From an uncultured archaeon (GTDB lineage: Archaea; Altiarchaeota; Altiarchaeia; JAFGQM01), in the NCBI GenBank assembly GCA_964619365.1, contig CAZUDQ010000001.1, forward strand, positions 18,929 through 82,928: a stretch of DNA of 64,000 nt. Direction: 5' to 3'. A model generated the notes under the pieces. It was not told the DNA's origin. It saw nothing but the letters and a program-made list of their open reading frames with translations, and did not search any database. Made by a program: the position numbers and the translations under genes. The stretch's first letter is position 1. Each line of letters starts with the position of its first letter. This document shows, in pieces, positions 55,879-64,000 of the stretch.

Positions 55879-57300
55879 ATGGCTTATCATACGTTTTTTA
55901 CAAAAGTAAGGGGAAAGCGCGGCAAATTAACAGGCATGCGTGAAGTGGGTTCTGATAAGTCTGTTAAAGAGCGAGCAAAAACGGGCTTTGAAGTTGAATT
56001 CCTCCTTGTTGATAAGGACGGAGGTGTTTCAAATGAAGCTGATAAGGTTCTTTTGCATATAGAAAACAAAGAACTGGCTCATGAGGCTGTAAAAGAGTGC
56101 TGCCATTCTTACATTGAGATGGGAGTCTATCCAAGAATCTATGTCAGAAACGTTGCGGCAAAGTTCCTTGAAGACATGGTCGGGGTCCTTGATATCGCCG
56201 AGGAGTATGGCCTAGAGTTTTTCCCCATGGCAATGTATCCATATGACTATGAGCCAAAAATGCGCGAGTCTGAATGGTACGGCGTCAAAAAGAAGCTTTT
56301 TGGTGATAAATGGGAATACGCGGGACGTTGCGCGGGCTTTCATTTTCACTACTCTTTACCAAAAGGAATCTTTGACTATTCTAAAAGGAATCTTATAGAG
56401 CATGCAAAAAGAGGTGAAAAACAAAAGACTGTCAATTGTTTTAATTTTGGCATAGCAATTGACCCCGCGCTTTGTACACTAACACAATCATCACCAATCT
56501 TCAAAGGAAGCTATCTGGGCAAAGACTCGCGTATGCTTCTTTATCGTGGAGGGCCAGCACTAGGTTATGACGGACTTTATGACAAGTATCAGGAATTTGG
56601 CGCCCTGCAGAATTATGTTACAACCTATGATGACCTTGACAAAAGAGCAAAAGCACGATTAGAGGGCTGGCTCGAAATCGTAGGCAATGCTGGGGGAGAT
56701 CTTGAGGAAGTGAAAAAGAAAAACGTCCTTGATATATCCTGGAATCCTGTTAAAGTAAACAAAGTCGGGACAATAGAACTAAGGAATATGGACATGAATA
56801 TGCCTTCAACTTTAATGGCTGTTGCAATATTATCAAAATATGTGCTGCGCGATATCCAAAGACGGGAGATTGAAGTCATTCCTGATGAGCTGGCAATCGA
56901 AGAGCCTTTTAAGCTTGAATCTGCAGGCGCTGACGGGGGCGTTGAGCGGCTTTATATCCCGCCATTCTCTTATGTTAATAACGTTTTGCAGAGGGATTGT
57001 GCCTGGGATGGAATGGACTCTGATGCGCTTTATGATTATGTCAAGGCGTTTTATACGCTTTGCTCGCGCTTTACAAACAAGAAGTATACTCCGATTTTGC
57101 GTCCTGTGCGCGAGATGGTCAAAAAACGTGCAACAAGGTCTGATGAGATACTACGACTTGTTCGGAAAGAAGGTTATAACGCAAGGGAAGAGAAAGTGCC
57201 GAATGAAGCCCTAAAAGAGCTTGTTTTGTTTTATTCATCAAAAACCAGAAGCGATATAGAGAATACAATAAAGCTCATGAATGCCCTTGTCGAGGACTAG
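55879..57300 (+). CDS. Glutamate--cysteine ligase family 2 (GCS2/YbdK-like carboxylate-amine ligase)
   Basis: GFEVEFLLVD, E....IE, GFHFH, SSP, TIELR..D. Start may be 55936. Confidence 0.75.
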   Translation: MAYHTFFTKVRGKRGKLTGMREVGSDKSVKERAKTGFEVEFLLVDKDGGVSNEADKVLLHIENKELAHEAVKECCHSYIEMGVYPRIYVRNVAAKFLEDMVGVLDIAEEYGLEFFPMAMYPYDYEPKMRESEWYGVKKKLFGDKWEYAGRCAGFHFHYSLPKGIFDYSKRNLIEHAKRGEKQKTVNCFNFGIAIDPALCTLTQSSPIFKGSYLGKDSRMLLYRGGPALGYDGLYDKYQEFGALQNYVTTYDDLDKRAKARLEGWLEIVGNAGGDLEEVKKKNVLDISWNPVKVNKVGTIELRNMDMNMPSTLMAVAILSKYVLRDIQRREIEVIPDELAIEEPFKLESAGADGGVERLYIPPFSYVNNVLQRDCAWDGMDSDALYDYVKAFYTLCSRFTNKKYTPILRPVREMVKKRATRSDEILRLVRKEGYNAREEKVPNEALKELVLFYSSKTRSDIENTIKLMNALVED

Positions 57301-57325
57301 GAAACCTGGCTTTAAATTAAAAGTA

Positions 57326-57404
57326 TGGTAGCGGGGGTGGGATTTGAACCACACGACCTCCGGGTTATGAGCCCGGCGAGCACTCCTGGCTGCTCAACCC
57401 CGCT
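57326..57404 (-). tRNA. Initiator tRNA-Met(CAU)
   Basis: A1-U72, AGCGGGG/CCCCGCT, GGG/CCC anticodon stem, CT-CAT-AA, encoded CCA. Confidence 0.93.
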
Positions 57405-57512
57405 AGTAATCTCTAAAGAAAAAGCGCTCATTTTGAAGTTATAGATTAAAAAGGCATAGAGTCAAACTGCCTTAGGCTTCGCTTTTTAGCCTTAGAATTT
57501 GGGATTTTTACT

Positions 57513-58898
57513 TCAAAAGGTCTTCATGAATTCCCAAAAAGATGTGTTTTTTATCCCCTGGATATTAGAATTGACTTTTAGGTGGAACTTGCAGGGAGTC
57601 TCGCGCAGGCATTTTCCAAACCCTTTTTTCTCCTCTAAGTAGTATTTGACAAAATCGTCTGCGTGCCTAAAGCGCCTTTCTATGTCTATTGCCCAGTGAC
57701 CGTCCTCAAGATATGGTTTTGATATGGCAATTTTCCTGTTTGCCTCAACAAATCCTTTTAAATCGGCGACTTTTGAATCAAAGAAGGGACCCATTTTCTT
57801 TTGTGCTCTTGGTAATGACGAGACATCAAACTCCAGGACTAGGCCGGCTTTTTTGCCATCTGTCCAAAAGTCCTTTTTCATAACAGAAAAGCCTTCGCGC
57901 TCGGCTGCTGCCCCCAATGCATTAAGACTCTTTGAGAGTTGTGGTATGAGTGTGTCTTCAATTAATTTTGGAGCTTCAAAATATATGCAGATTAGGTTTG
58001 TCCCGCGCACAGAAAGATACTTATAAAACTCCTTTTTGGACATTATTCCTTTTTTCTCCCCGTAAAAGAATTCCTTTCTGGGTTTTTCAAGGAATGCTTC
58101 GGCAAGTAGCATGAAATTTGCCATTTTCTCAATAGAGACTGCCGCAGCGACGTTTCTTGTTTCATCAACTGGGTCTATGAAGACTAGAGGGACTGATGAA
58201 AAGCGTTTTTTAAGAACTGGACCTTCTACTGAAATGTGTTCTCCGTGCACCCATTTTGAGGCGGCATCAAGAACCTTGATAAACGAGCCGTATTTAATGA
58301 CTAAAAGTTCGCATAAATACCCTGAAAAGCCTTCGACAGCCGCGTGCGCACCATAAATGTTATTGCCCTTCATGAATTTTTTAAGGAGGAGTGTGTCAGA
58401 CTGTAATTTTGGCTTTGACTTTATTTTTGAGAGGACAAAATCTGTGTGTAAGGGTGTTCTGTCAACGGCACTTTGTATCTTGCCGCCTTTTTTTATCTTG
58501 TAGCATGGGACAATTTCGACTACAAACCCTTTATAGTCACCTTTTATGTAGGGGTGCTCGGCATAACTCATCTCACTTTTGCCACCCACTAGTTCAAAGA
58601 ATTTACGCCCTGCCATAATTCCTTTTGCTTCAAGCTCCTCGCGCTCGACATCTGGAGGGAACTGAATGAAAATATCAAAGTCCTTATCTCCTGCAATATC
58701 AGTTCCTTTTGCTATGGAACCAACAAGCATTACCTCGGCTTTCGGATTTGCACCCTTTGCAACAGCGCCCACCATCTCAAGAAGGTCTTTAAGAAGCCCT
58801 GCTTCTTTCTTACGTTCTTCTGGACTGGGCGTTATATCAGAAAGAATATGTGAAAGAAACAAATTAAGATTGACCTTTGGCAGACTTTCTGTTTCCAT
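57513..58898 (-). CDS. cca: CCA-adding enzyme (archaeal class I)
   Basis: VGSIAKGT...DFDIF, YAEHPY, SAVDRTP.H, GFSGYLCELL, DPVD.TRNVA. Confidence 0.95.
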   Translation of the reverse strand: METESLPKVNLNLFLSHILSDITPSPEERKKEAGLLKDLLEMVGAVAKGANPKAEVMLVGSIAKGTDIAGDKDFDIFIQFPPDVEREELEAKGIMAGRKFFELVGGKSEMSYAEHPYIKGDYKGFVVEIVPCYKIKKGGKIQSAVDRTPLHTDFVLSKIKSKPKLQSDTLLLKKFMKGNNIYGAHAAVEGFSGYLCELLVIKYGSFIKVLDAASKWVHGEHISVEGPVLKKRFSSVPLVFIDPVDETRNVAAAVSIEKMANFMLLAEAFLEKPRKEFFYGEKKGIMSKKEFYKYLSVRGTNLICIYFEAPKLIEDTLIPQLSKSLNALGAAAEREGFSVMKKDFWTDGKKAGLVLEFDVSSLPRAQKKMGPFFDSKVADLKGFVEANRKIAISKPYLEDGHWAIDIERRFRHADDFVKYYLEEKKGFGKCLRETPCKFHLKVNSNIQGIKNTSFWEFMKTF

Positions 58899-58932
58899 AT
58901 AGGATTAATGGAAAGATTTATAAAAAGGAGAG

Positions 58933-59400
58933 TTAATTCGAAAATTTCGAATAAATCTCTTCAGCGGTTTTATTTATGGTCTCAAGTTCGGCGCGAATAT
59001 TGTTCCCGTCAGAAAGAAGCTTGTTTAAATCCTCTTCAAGCTTTGCCTTTCTCTCGATAAGATAAGCTTTTGCATCTGGGGATGCTTTGGCTACTTGAGT
59101 ATCGCCACCTACTGAGATTATAAAATTCTCTTTATCAGTAAGCTTTGCCTTGACAAAGACTCCGGCACCTATCGGGACAAGTACCTCATCGCCTTTTTCC
59201 TGAGGGAGAGTCTCTACGAGTCCAACAACAGACTCAAGTTCCATAAGAACCTGCTCTGCCATTGCCGCCTGCTGGCCCATCTCTGAAAGCGCCTGCTGGT
59301 AAGACCTAGATTTTATCATGAGCTCCTGGAGCTTTCTCTGGTCGCTCTCTGAAGGTCCTTTTGCTTGGGTTTTGTTTCCAGGCATGTTTTTTTCGCTCAT
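58933..59400 (-). CDS. pfdA: Prefoldin subunit alpha
   Basis: Coiled coils flanking LVPIGAGVFV...VGG; conserved operon position. Confidence 0.9.
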   Translation of the reverse strand: MSEKNMPGNKTQAKGPSESDQRKLQELMIKSRSYQQALSEMGQQAAMAEQVLMELESVVGLVETLPQEKGDEVLVPIGAGVFVKAKLTDKENFIISVGGDTQVAKASPDAKAYLIERKAKLEEDLNKLLSDGNNIRAELETINKTAEEIYSKFSN

Positions 59401-59576
59401 ACTGTTGTTTTTTCTACTTTATCGATGTTTATCCAGCGTCTCTTTGTGCCGTGTGCACTTCCATAAAGTGTATAGAGGCGCTCTTTTGCCGCATCCTCAG
59501 AATCGGCTTCGAGCTCTTTTGTAAACTTTTGTATCTTTTTGCCTATTCTAAGATTTCCGCTTAGTGTGTACTTCAT
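59397..59576 (-). CDS. rpl18a: 50S ribosomal protein L18Ae (LX)
   Basis: Hand-translated 59 aa MKYTLSG...FTKELEA...YTLYGSAHGTKRRWINI; ATGA overlap with pfdA; below the ORF-track cutoff. Confidence 0.9.
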   Translation of the reverse strand: MKYTLSGNLRIGKKIQKFTKELEADSEDAAKERLYTLYGSAHGTKRRWINIDKVEKTTV

Positions 59577-59624
59577 TTTGTTTTGTTGTTTTTGAAACTT
59601 TATGTTATAAAATGTCTTGATGCC

Positions 59625-60290
59625 CTAAAGGAAGCCTAAGGCATCGTTTGCATATTCTATTTCTATTGGTGTTGTCTTTTCTGATATTACCATGCCTTTG
59701 GAGTTTGCAATAAGATGAGAACCTACGGACTTTTTCCCCATATCAAGAGAGGCTCTTCCGCCCGAAACTCCAAATATTTCTTTCAGGTAATCGAGTTCTT
59801 TGTCAGCGGCATCCGGAGTCACAACAAATCCTTTGTTTGTCGCAATGCAAATGGAACCCACTTCTGAAGAATCTGCAATTCGCCCACGCTCTGTTTTAAA
59901 GCCGAGCGCGTCGTCAATCATCTTTTTTGCTTTATCAGAAAATACGTCACTTATTATCCCACCATTGTCATTTGCACAGACAAGATTCCCAAGTGCTGTG
60001 AACTTATCAGAGACTATCTGTACTTTAGGTACAATCTTTCCTATTGCCACAATCTCAGAATCCTCTGAAAGGTATGGCAAAAGAATTGCATTAGAATTGC
60101 CTGCTGACATTATTCCAGGAAGCATGAATGCTGAGACTGTTGTTTGAAGCACGGGGACATCCAGTTTCTCTGAAAGATCCTCTGCTTTTGTTTCAGTGAC
60201 TCTGTTTGAAAGGATACAATATGCATCGCTTGCAAAACCAAAGAGACCAAGACAGCCTTCGCCCATGAAATTAGTCCGTGCAATTGCCAT
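59625..60290 (-). CDS. eif6: Translation initiation factor 6 (aIF6)
   Basis: ALGNLVCANDNG, ATNKG, ANSKG, TTPIE; operon context. Confidence 0.93.
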   Translation of the reverse strand: MAIARTNFMGEGCLGLFGFASDAYCILSNRVTETKAEDLSEKLDVPVLQTTVSAFMLPGIMSAGNSNAILLPYLSEDSEIVAIGKIVPKVQIVSDKFTALGNLVCANDNGGIISDVFSDKAKKMIDDALGFKTERGRIADSSEVGSICIATNKGFVVTPDAADKELDYLKEIFGVSGGRASLDMGKKSVGSHLIANSKGMVISEKTTPIEIEYANDALGFL

Positions 60291-60324
60291 ATCAAGCTTA
60301 TAATGTGCTGAGACAAAAAGCCCC

Positions 60325-60837
60325 TTATTTAAGGAGGCTTACTGTCACTTTGCCTGTAGAGTCTTTTACCGCCTTTACCTGAACTTTTCGCGGAGGTCTT
60401 TCGTTTCCGTGTGCCCAGATATGCTGGTTAAGCTCTGATGAGATTTTAACGTTCTCTTCAGTTGCTTTGGTGTGGCGGCAGATAAATGTCACTAGTGTTG
60501 CCACTGCTTTATTTGTCCTGCGGTAGCAGGGCTTTGTGTGATACACTTTGCGCAAAGGGATAATATATACAGTCTCAGAGACTATATCTACTTTTTCGCC
60601 TTTTTTATCTTCCTTTTTAGACTCTTTTTTTGTCTCAGCCTTAACATCTGCTGCCTTTGGGGACTCTTTTTTCTCCTTAGAATCCTCAGAAGACTTTTCT
60701 TCTGTCTTGGTTTTGACTTTCTCTTTGACAGGCTTTGTCTCGATAATTTTCTCGACAGGTGCTTCTTCTGCCTTTTTTACCTGTTCTTCCTTTGTGACGG
60801 GGGAAGCTGCCTTTTCTTTCTTAACTTTTTCAGCCAT
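60325..60837 (-). CDS. rpl31e: 50S ribosomal protein L31e with long K/E-rich N-terminal extension
   Basis: YIIPLR, RRTNKAV, LNQHIWAHG..PPRKV.V. Confidence 0.92.
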   Translation of the reverse strand: MAEKVKKEKAASPVTKEEQVKKAEEAPVEKIIETKPVKEKVKTKTEEKSSEDSKEKKESPKAADVKAETKKESKKEDKKGEKVDIVSETVYIIPLRKVYHTKPCYRRTNKAVATLVTFICRHTKATEENVKISSELNQHIWAHGNERPPRKVQVKAVKDSTGKVTVSLLK

Positions 60838-60850
60838 TTTTTTAATTCAA

Positions 60851-61006
60851 CTAAAATATGTTGTCTCCTCTCCAGCTTCTCCTACTCCTTGGGGACCAGC
60901 GCACCTTTCTGTTTGTCTTGGGGAATACCCAGACTGGAGCACGACTTGCCTCCTTGTGCGCCTTTTCAAGGGCGTTTTTACTTTCTTGATCTTTTCTTGA
61001 GCTCAT
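60851..61006 (-). CDS. rpl39e: 50S ribosomal protein L39e
   Basis: Hand-translated 51 aa MSSRK...RAPVWVFPKT...RRSWR. Confidence 0.9.
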   Translation of the reverse strand: MSSRKDQESKNALEKAHKEASRAPVWVFPKTNRKVRWSPRSRRSWRGDNIF

Positions 61007-61020
61007 TGTAGTTATTATTC

Positions 61021-61353
61021 TTATATTCTTTTAATCGTCGTCTCGTGTTTTGACCCTGACAAGCGCACAAGGATTTCCTTAAGCTGCGCATCATCCATCT
61101 GTTTTATTTGACCTGATGAATACATTTGAGCCAAATATAGTTTTAGTTTTTGCACGAGTTCTGGTTGGACGAGCCTTAGATTATCAAGTCTGTCTTGTGC
61201 CTCCTTAGAAAGGAAACGCCTGACAATCAAGTCAATCTGAGTAAGTGCGGCATTCATCTGGGCGCGCTGTTCAAACTCCTGGTTGTCGGCCATCTGGCGA
61301 CGTGCCTGGAGTTCTGCAAGTTTTCTTGCCCGTAATGCCTCAAGCTCATCCAT
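61021..61353 (-). CDS. PDCD5-like dsDNA-binding protein
   Basis: DELEALRARKLAEL, L..EA..RL..L.LV.PE; conserved position after rps19e. Confidence 0.9.
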   Translation of the reverse strand: MDELEALRARKLAELQARRQMADNQEFEQRAQMNAALTQIDLIVRRFLSKEAQDRLDNLRLVQPELVQKLKLYLAQMYSSGQIKQMDDAQLKEILVRLSGSKHETTIKRI

Positions 61354-61384
61354 TGTTTTTTCGACGCTTATGTTATTAGCTTTT

Positions 61385-61801
61385 TTAAGCTCCTTTCACT
61401 TTGTAGGACATAGCATCAAGGAACTTCATTCCCTCAGCCGTAATCTCCCTACCGTCACTGTCTTTTGCTTTCTTCACATAACCGCATTCTTCGAGCTGTT
61501 GGCATGCGAGCCTGATAATTTTTCCTCCTGCAACATAGGATCTCTCGCATCTGACACCACGGTTCTTTTTTGCGCGGTATTCTTTTCTTAGTCTTGAGAC
61601 GCCTATTGGTCCCTTGACATAAATCTTTCTAAGGATTGAAGCCTCCCTGACATACCACCAATCGGGGTCTTCAGGCGGTCTTTCCTTGGAAACACCAGTT
61701 TTGACAAATTCTGTCCACTCTGGCGCTTTCACTTTGCCTTTTAATTCCTTTGATGCGGCACCAATCAGTGCTCCGGCATCAACATCGTATACTGTTGTCA
61801 T
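61385..61801 (-). CDS. rps19e: 30S ribosomal protein S19e
   Basis: TVYDV, PEW..FVKTG..KERPP, WWYVR.ASILRK. Start reassigned to ATG 61801. Confidence 0.96.
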   Translation of the reverse strand: MTTVYDVDAGALIGAASKELKGKVKAPEWTEFVKTGVSKERPPEDPDWWYVREASILRKIYVKGPIGVSRLRKEYRAKKNRGVRCERSYVAGGKIIRLACQQLEECGYVKKAKDSDGREITAEGMKFLDAMSYKVKGA

Positions 61802-61886
61802 TATCGTTCGCAAAAATATTCGCGTTAGAATCGGACCTTGCGGCCCAAAGTGGCTGGAATAAATCCAACCTACTGATTTTGCGGGC
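61802..61886 (-). promoter_or_regulatory. Structured 5' leader of the rps19e operon
   Basis: TTTTTATA TATA-like box at ~61904-61911; hairpins GGTTGGA/TCCAGCC and GGGCC-GCAA-GGTCC. Confidence 0.45.
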
Positions 61887-61913
61887 TTATTTGCACTATA
61901 GGGTATAAAAAGC

Positions 61914-63188
61914 TTAGAAATCCCCAATGCGCATCTGCCTGAGAATCGATGACATCCTTAAGTACTTTTGCATTGGAACGCGCGAGCGTCTGGCAATCCA
62001 TGCAAGAGCCTCGTTTCTAGTCTGGAATTTTTCGGGAGGGTTTTTCATTGCCTGGCGAACATTCTCACGAACTTCCCAGACGCCAACTGGAATTACGTAG
62101 CCTTCATTAATTTCTCTAAATGAGATTACTCTGGCTTGCCTTCTCATGTGATATAATCCTTCAACGATTCCCATGCGCGCGGCATAATATCCACCACCTT
62201 CTTTTTGCGCATAGTCACTTCGCCCTTCGTGTGGTTCGCCCTCTAGTTGAACAACTGGTTTACTCTCGGTTAGAGTCCACAGGGTCTTTGGAGCCCATGC
62301 CTCAAAGTTCTCAAACTCCCATGCCCCTGGCATGACGAGTATATGAAATGAATTATCAAGATATTCGTTTGAATAGACCCGGAACTCATTTATCTCGGGA
62401 AATTCACGAATCTCTTTTAGGAGATTTTTTGCTATCATGTCATCAGTTGCCGTGATACTCCAGCGTGTCGGAACCATCTTTTTGGCATCAGTCATCCCAA
62501 GGGCTCCTGATGAGAGTATCTTTGAAAGATAATAGACGTCATACCCGCGGTCGTATAATGTTGTTGCCCCTTCTGTTGCACGAATCTCATCGTTTACAAC
62601 ATAGTCGACAATCTTTGGTATCTTTGTGTTCTCGGTTATCTGGAATTTCTCAAGAACGCCTGTTGGCCCCATGGGCTGCTCCATTGAGTTAAAGGACATT
62701 TTAAACCTTGGAGAATTCTTAAAATGCAGTTCTACGTCAGCCGGTTTGACTGCTAGAGCAAGTTCGCGGGAATCAGATACTATCCTTGAATCAGATTTTA
62801 CGTTTTCGACTTTCCTTGAGCGGACAAGATTCATTCGCATCGCAATTATCTCATCAAAGTCCTTGCCATACCACTTTGACGGGTCATCAAGCATGCGCGG
62901 GTCGTCGCTGTCGATTGCAGACATCGGTCCAACAGTGACTTTTGGGTAACCAAAATGCCCGACAAATATAGAAGGTGGTGACGGACCAAACATGTCACGT
63001 GAAAGCTTCTTTTTTTCATCTGGCGCAGTTATCCGTGATATCTTTTGCATTAAGGGGCAATAGCTTCTGCCACAAAGCATGCGCGCACCTTTGCAGATAA
63101 GACAAAGGCTCGTACCATCGCTTTCAGCTCTTTTTAGGGCAGCTGTTATCTCGCATTTCATGCCCTTCTTTTTACCCCCTTCTGGCAT
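61914..63188 (-). CDS. nreA: Nre family DNA repair protein
   Basis: CxxCKG...CGxxxCP, PPSIFVG, VPTRWSITATD, GGYYAAR, GVWEVRE, C-terminal PIP box QMRIGDF. Confidence 0.93.
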   Translation of the reverse strand: MPEGGKKKGMKCEITAALKRAESDGTSLCLICKGARMLCGRSYCPLMQKISRITAPDEKKKLSRDMFGPSPPSIFVGHFGYPKVTVGPMSAIDSDDPRMLDDPSKWYGKDFDEIIAMRMNLVRSRKVENVKSDSRIVSDSRELALAVKPADVELHFKNSPRFKMSFNSMEQPMGPTGVLEKFQITENTKIPKIVDYVVNDEIRATEGATTLYDRGYDVYYLSKILSSGALGMTDAKKMVPTRWSITATDDMIAKNLLKEIREFPEINEFRVYSNEYLDNSFHILVMPGAWEFENFEAWAPKTLWTLTESKPVVQLEGEPHEGRSDYAQKEGGGYYAARMGIVEGLYHMRRQARVISFREINEGYVIPVGVWEVRENVRQAMKNPPEKFQTRNEALAWIARRSRVPMQKYLRMSSILRQMRIGDF

Positions 63189-63253
63189 TGTTTATTTTGT
63201 TATAATATTGAGATAAAGGCTTTTTAGACGCGCTTGCCTAAAACTAGAGAAAA

Positions 63254-64000
63254 ATGGAAGACTTCATACTCGCGCCATTCACGCTGGCAATGAAAAAAGG
63301 AGGGCTCATTTTGATTGCCGCCCTGCCCATAATCTTCCTTCTGGCGTGCACTGGTGTGACAGATGTTCTTGACGGCTCCTGGTCTCCTGCTACAATAGAT
63401 GGGCTATTATCGGACGAAATGGAGTTTTCAGCAACAAATATAAGTGTTTACGATTCATTCTCAACAAACATACAACTGCCTCTTATCCGTCTTGGGGGAA
63501 TTGCTGGAAAGACAGATATTCGCGCAATATATAACCCCGACTTTGGCGACCGGACTGACTTTTTGGTGATATTTGCCACACTCATTATTGCTTTTTTGTC
63601 TTATTCTATGATTGCTCGCTCCATTGCGAGAAAATACAGGAAAGCAAAGGGATCGCTTATTCGCGGAATCAACCCTGCAACAATCATTCTTTCAATAATT
63701 GGTGCATTTTTGATGCTTTTTATTGCTTCTTTTACCTTTGCCGGGTTTAGTCTTATGATAGTGATAATTTTTGGTGTCTACTTTACTTTTGCAATACCCT
63801 ACGCTGCAACTGGACGCGCTCTTGGTGAAAGCCTCTTTTTAGGCTGGCGATTCTTTTCAACTCACCTTGGCAGGACTGTAGGTTGTTATGTCGCGTCAAT
63901 GGGTGTTGCGATAATGGCACCAATTGCTCTTCTTATTTTCATAAACCCGCTTCTTGCCAATATCTCGTCTCCAACCGTAGCAATACTCCTTAGCGCTTTT
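63254..64000 (+). CDS. Multi-pass membrane protein, runs off the right edge
   Basis: Open frame from ATG 63254 (MEDFILAPF...) with several hydrophobic helices. Confidence 0.75.
   Translation, partial: MEDFILAPFTLAMKKGGLILIAALPIIFLLACTGVTDVLDGSWSPATIDGLLSDEMEFSATNISVYDSFSTNIQLPLIRLGGIAGKTDIRAIYNPDFGDRTDFLVIFATLIIAFLSYSMIARSIARKYRKAKGSLIRGINPATIILSIIGAFLMLFIASFTFAGFSLMIVIIFGVYFTFAIPYAATGRALGESLFLGWRFFSTHLGRTVGCYVASMGVAIMAPIALLIFINPLLANISSPTVAILLSAF

Noticed and set aside
57450-57495. Two small hairpins between cca and tRNA-iMet
   Set aside because: 5-6 bp stems, compatible with chance or with ordinary terminator/promoter DNA.
61802-61927. 42-aa N-terminal extension of S19e given in the ORF track
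   Set aside because: S19e homology starts at MTTVYDV; the extension crosses a TATA-like box and overlaps nreA.

Overview
Archaeal chromosome segment, compact and gene-dense, most consistent with a DPANN-type lineage that retains some amino-acid biosynthesis (taxonomy is inferred from gene content). Housekeeping genes: pheT, rnhA, pheA, tyrA, thyX, split metE, nob1, mbf1, gatD, secDF, leuCDB, rsmA, tsaC, cca and the rps19e-rpl39e-rpl31e-eif6-rpl18a-pfdA cluster, plus tRNA-Gln(UUG), tRNA-Leu(UAA) and initiator tRNA-Met. Two regions stand out. (1) A ~23 kb minus-strand cell-surface locus (17.5-40.8 kb) has four paralogous giant membrane-anchored proteins with a shared N-terminal motif, two of them carrying dockerin-like Ca2+ repeats. 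It also holds a membrane-anchored CotH kinase, a pilin-like protein, secDF and a Ca2+/Na+ antiporter. (2) A clustered AMP/pentose-bisphosphate pathway (R15P isomerase, form III RubisCO, AMP phosphorylase) has a translationally coupled HTH + PIN-nuclease pair embedded in it. Smaller observations: a circularly permuted YkgJ-type CxxCxxCC protein, a structured leader before rps19e, an orphan ~60-nt GC-clamped RNA-like element, and a microsatellite frameshift in a secreted-protein gene. No CRISPR array, rRNA or transposase was seen. All assignments come from motif recognition by eye, not database searches.
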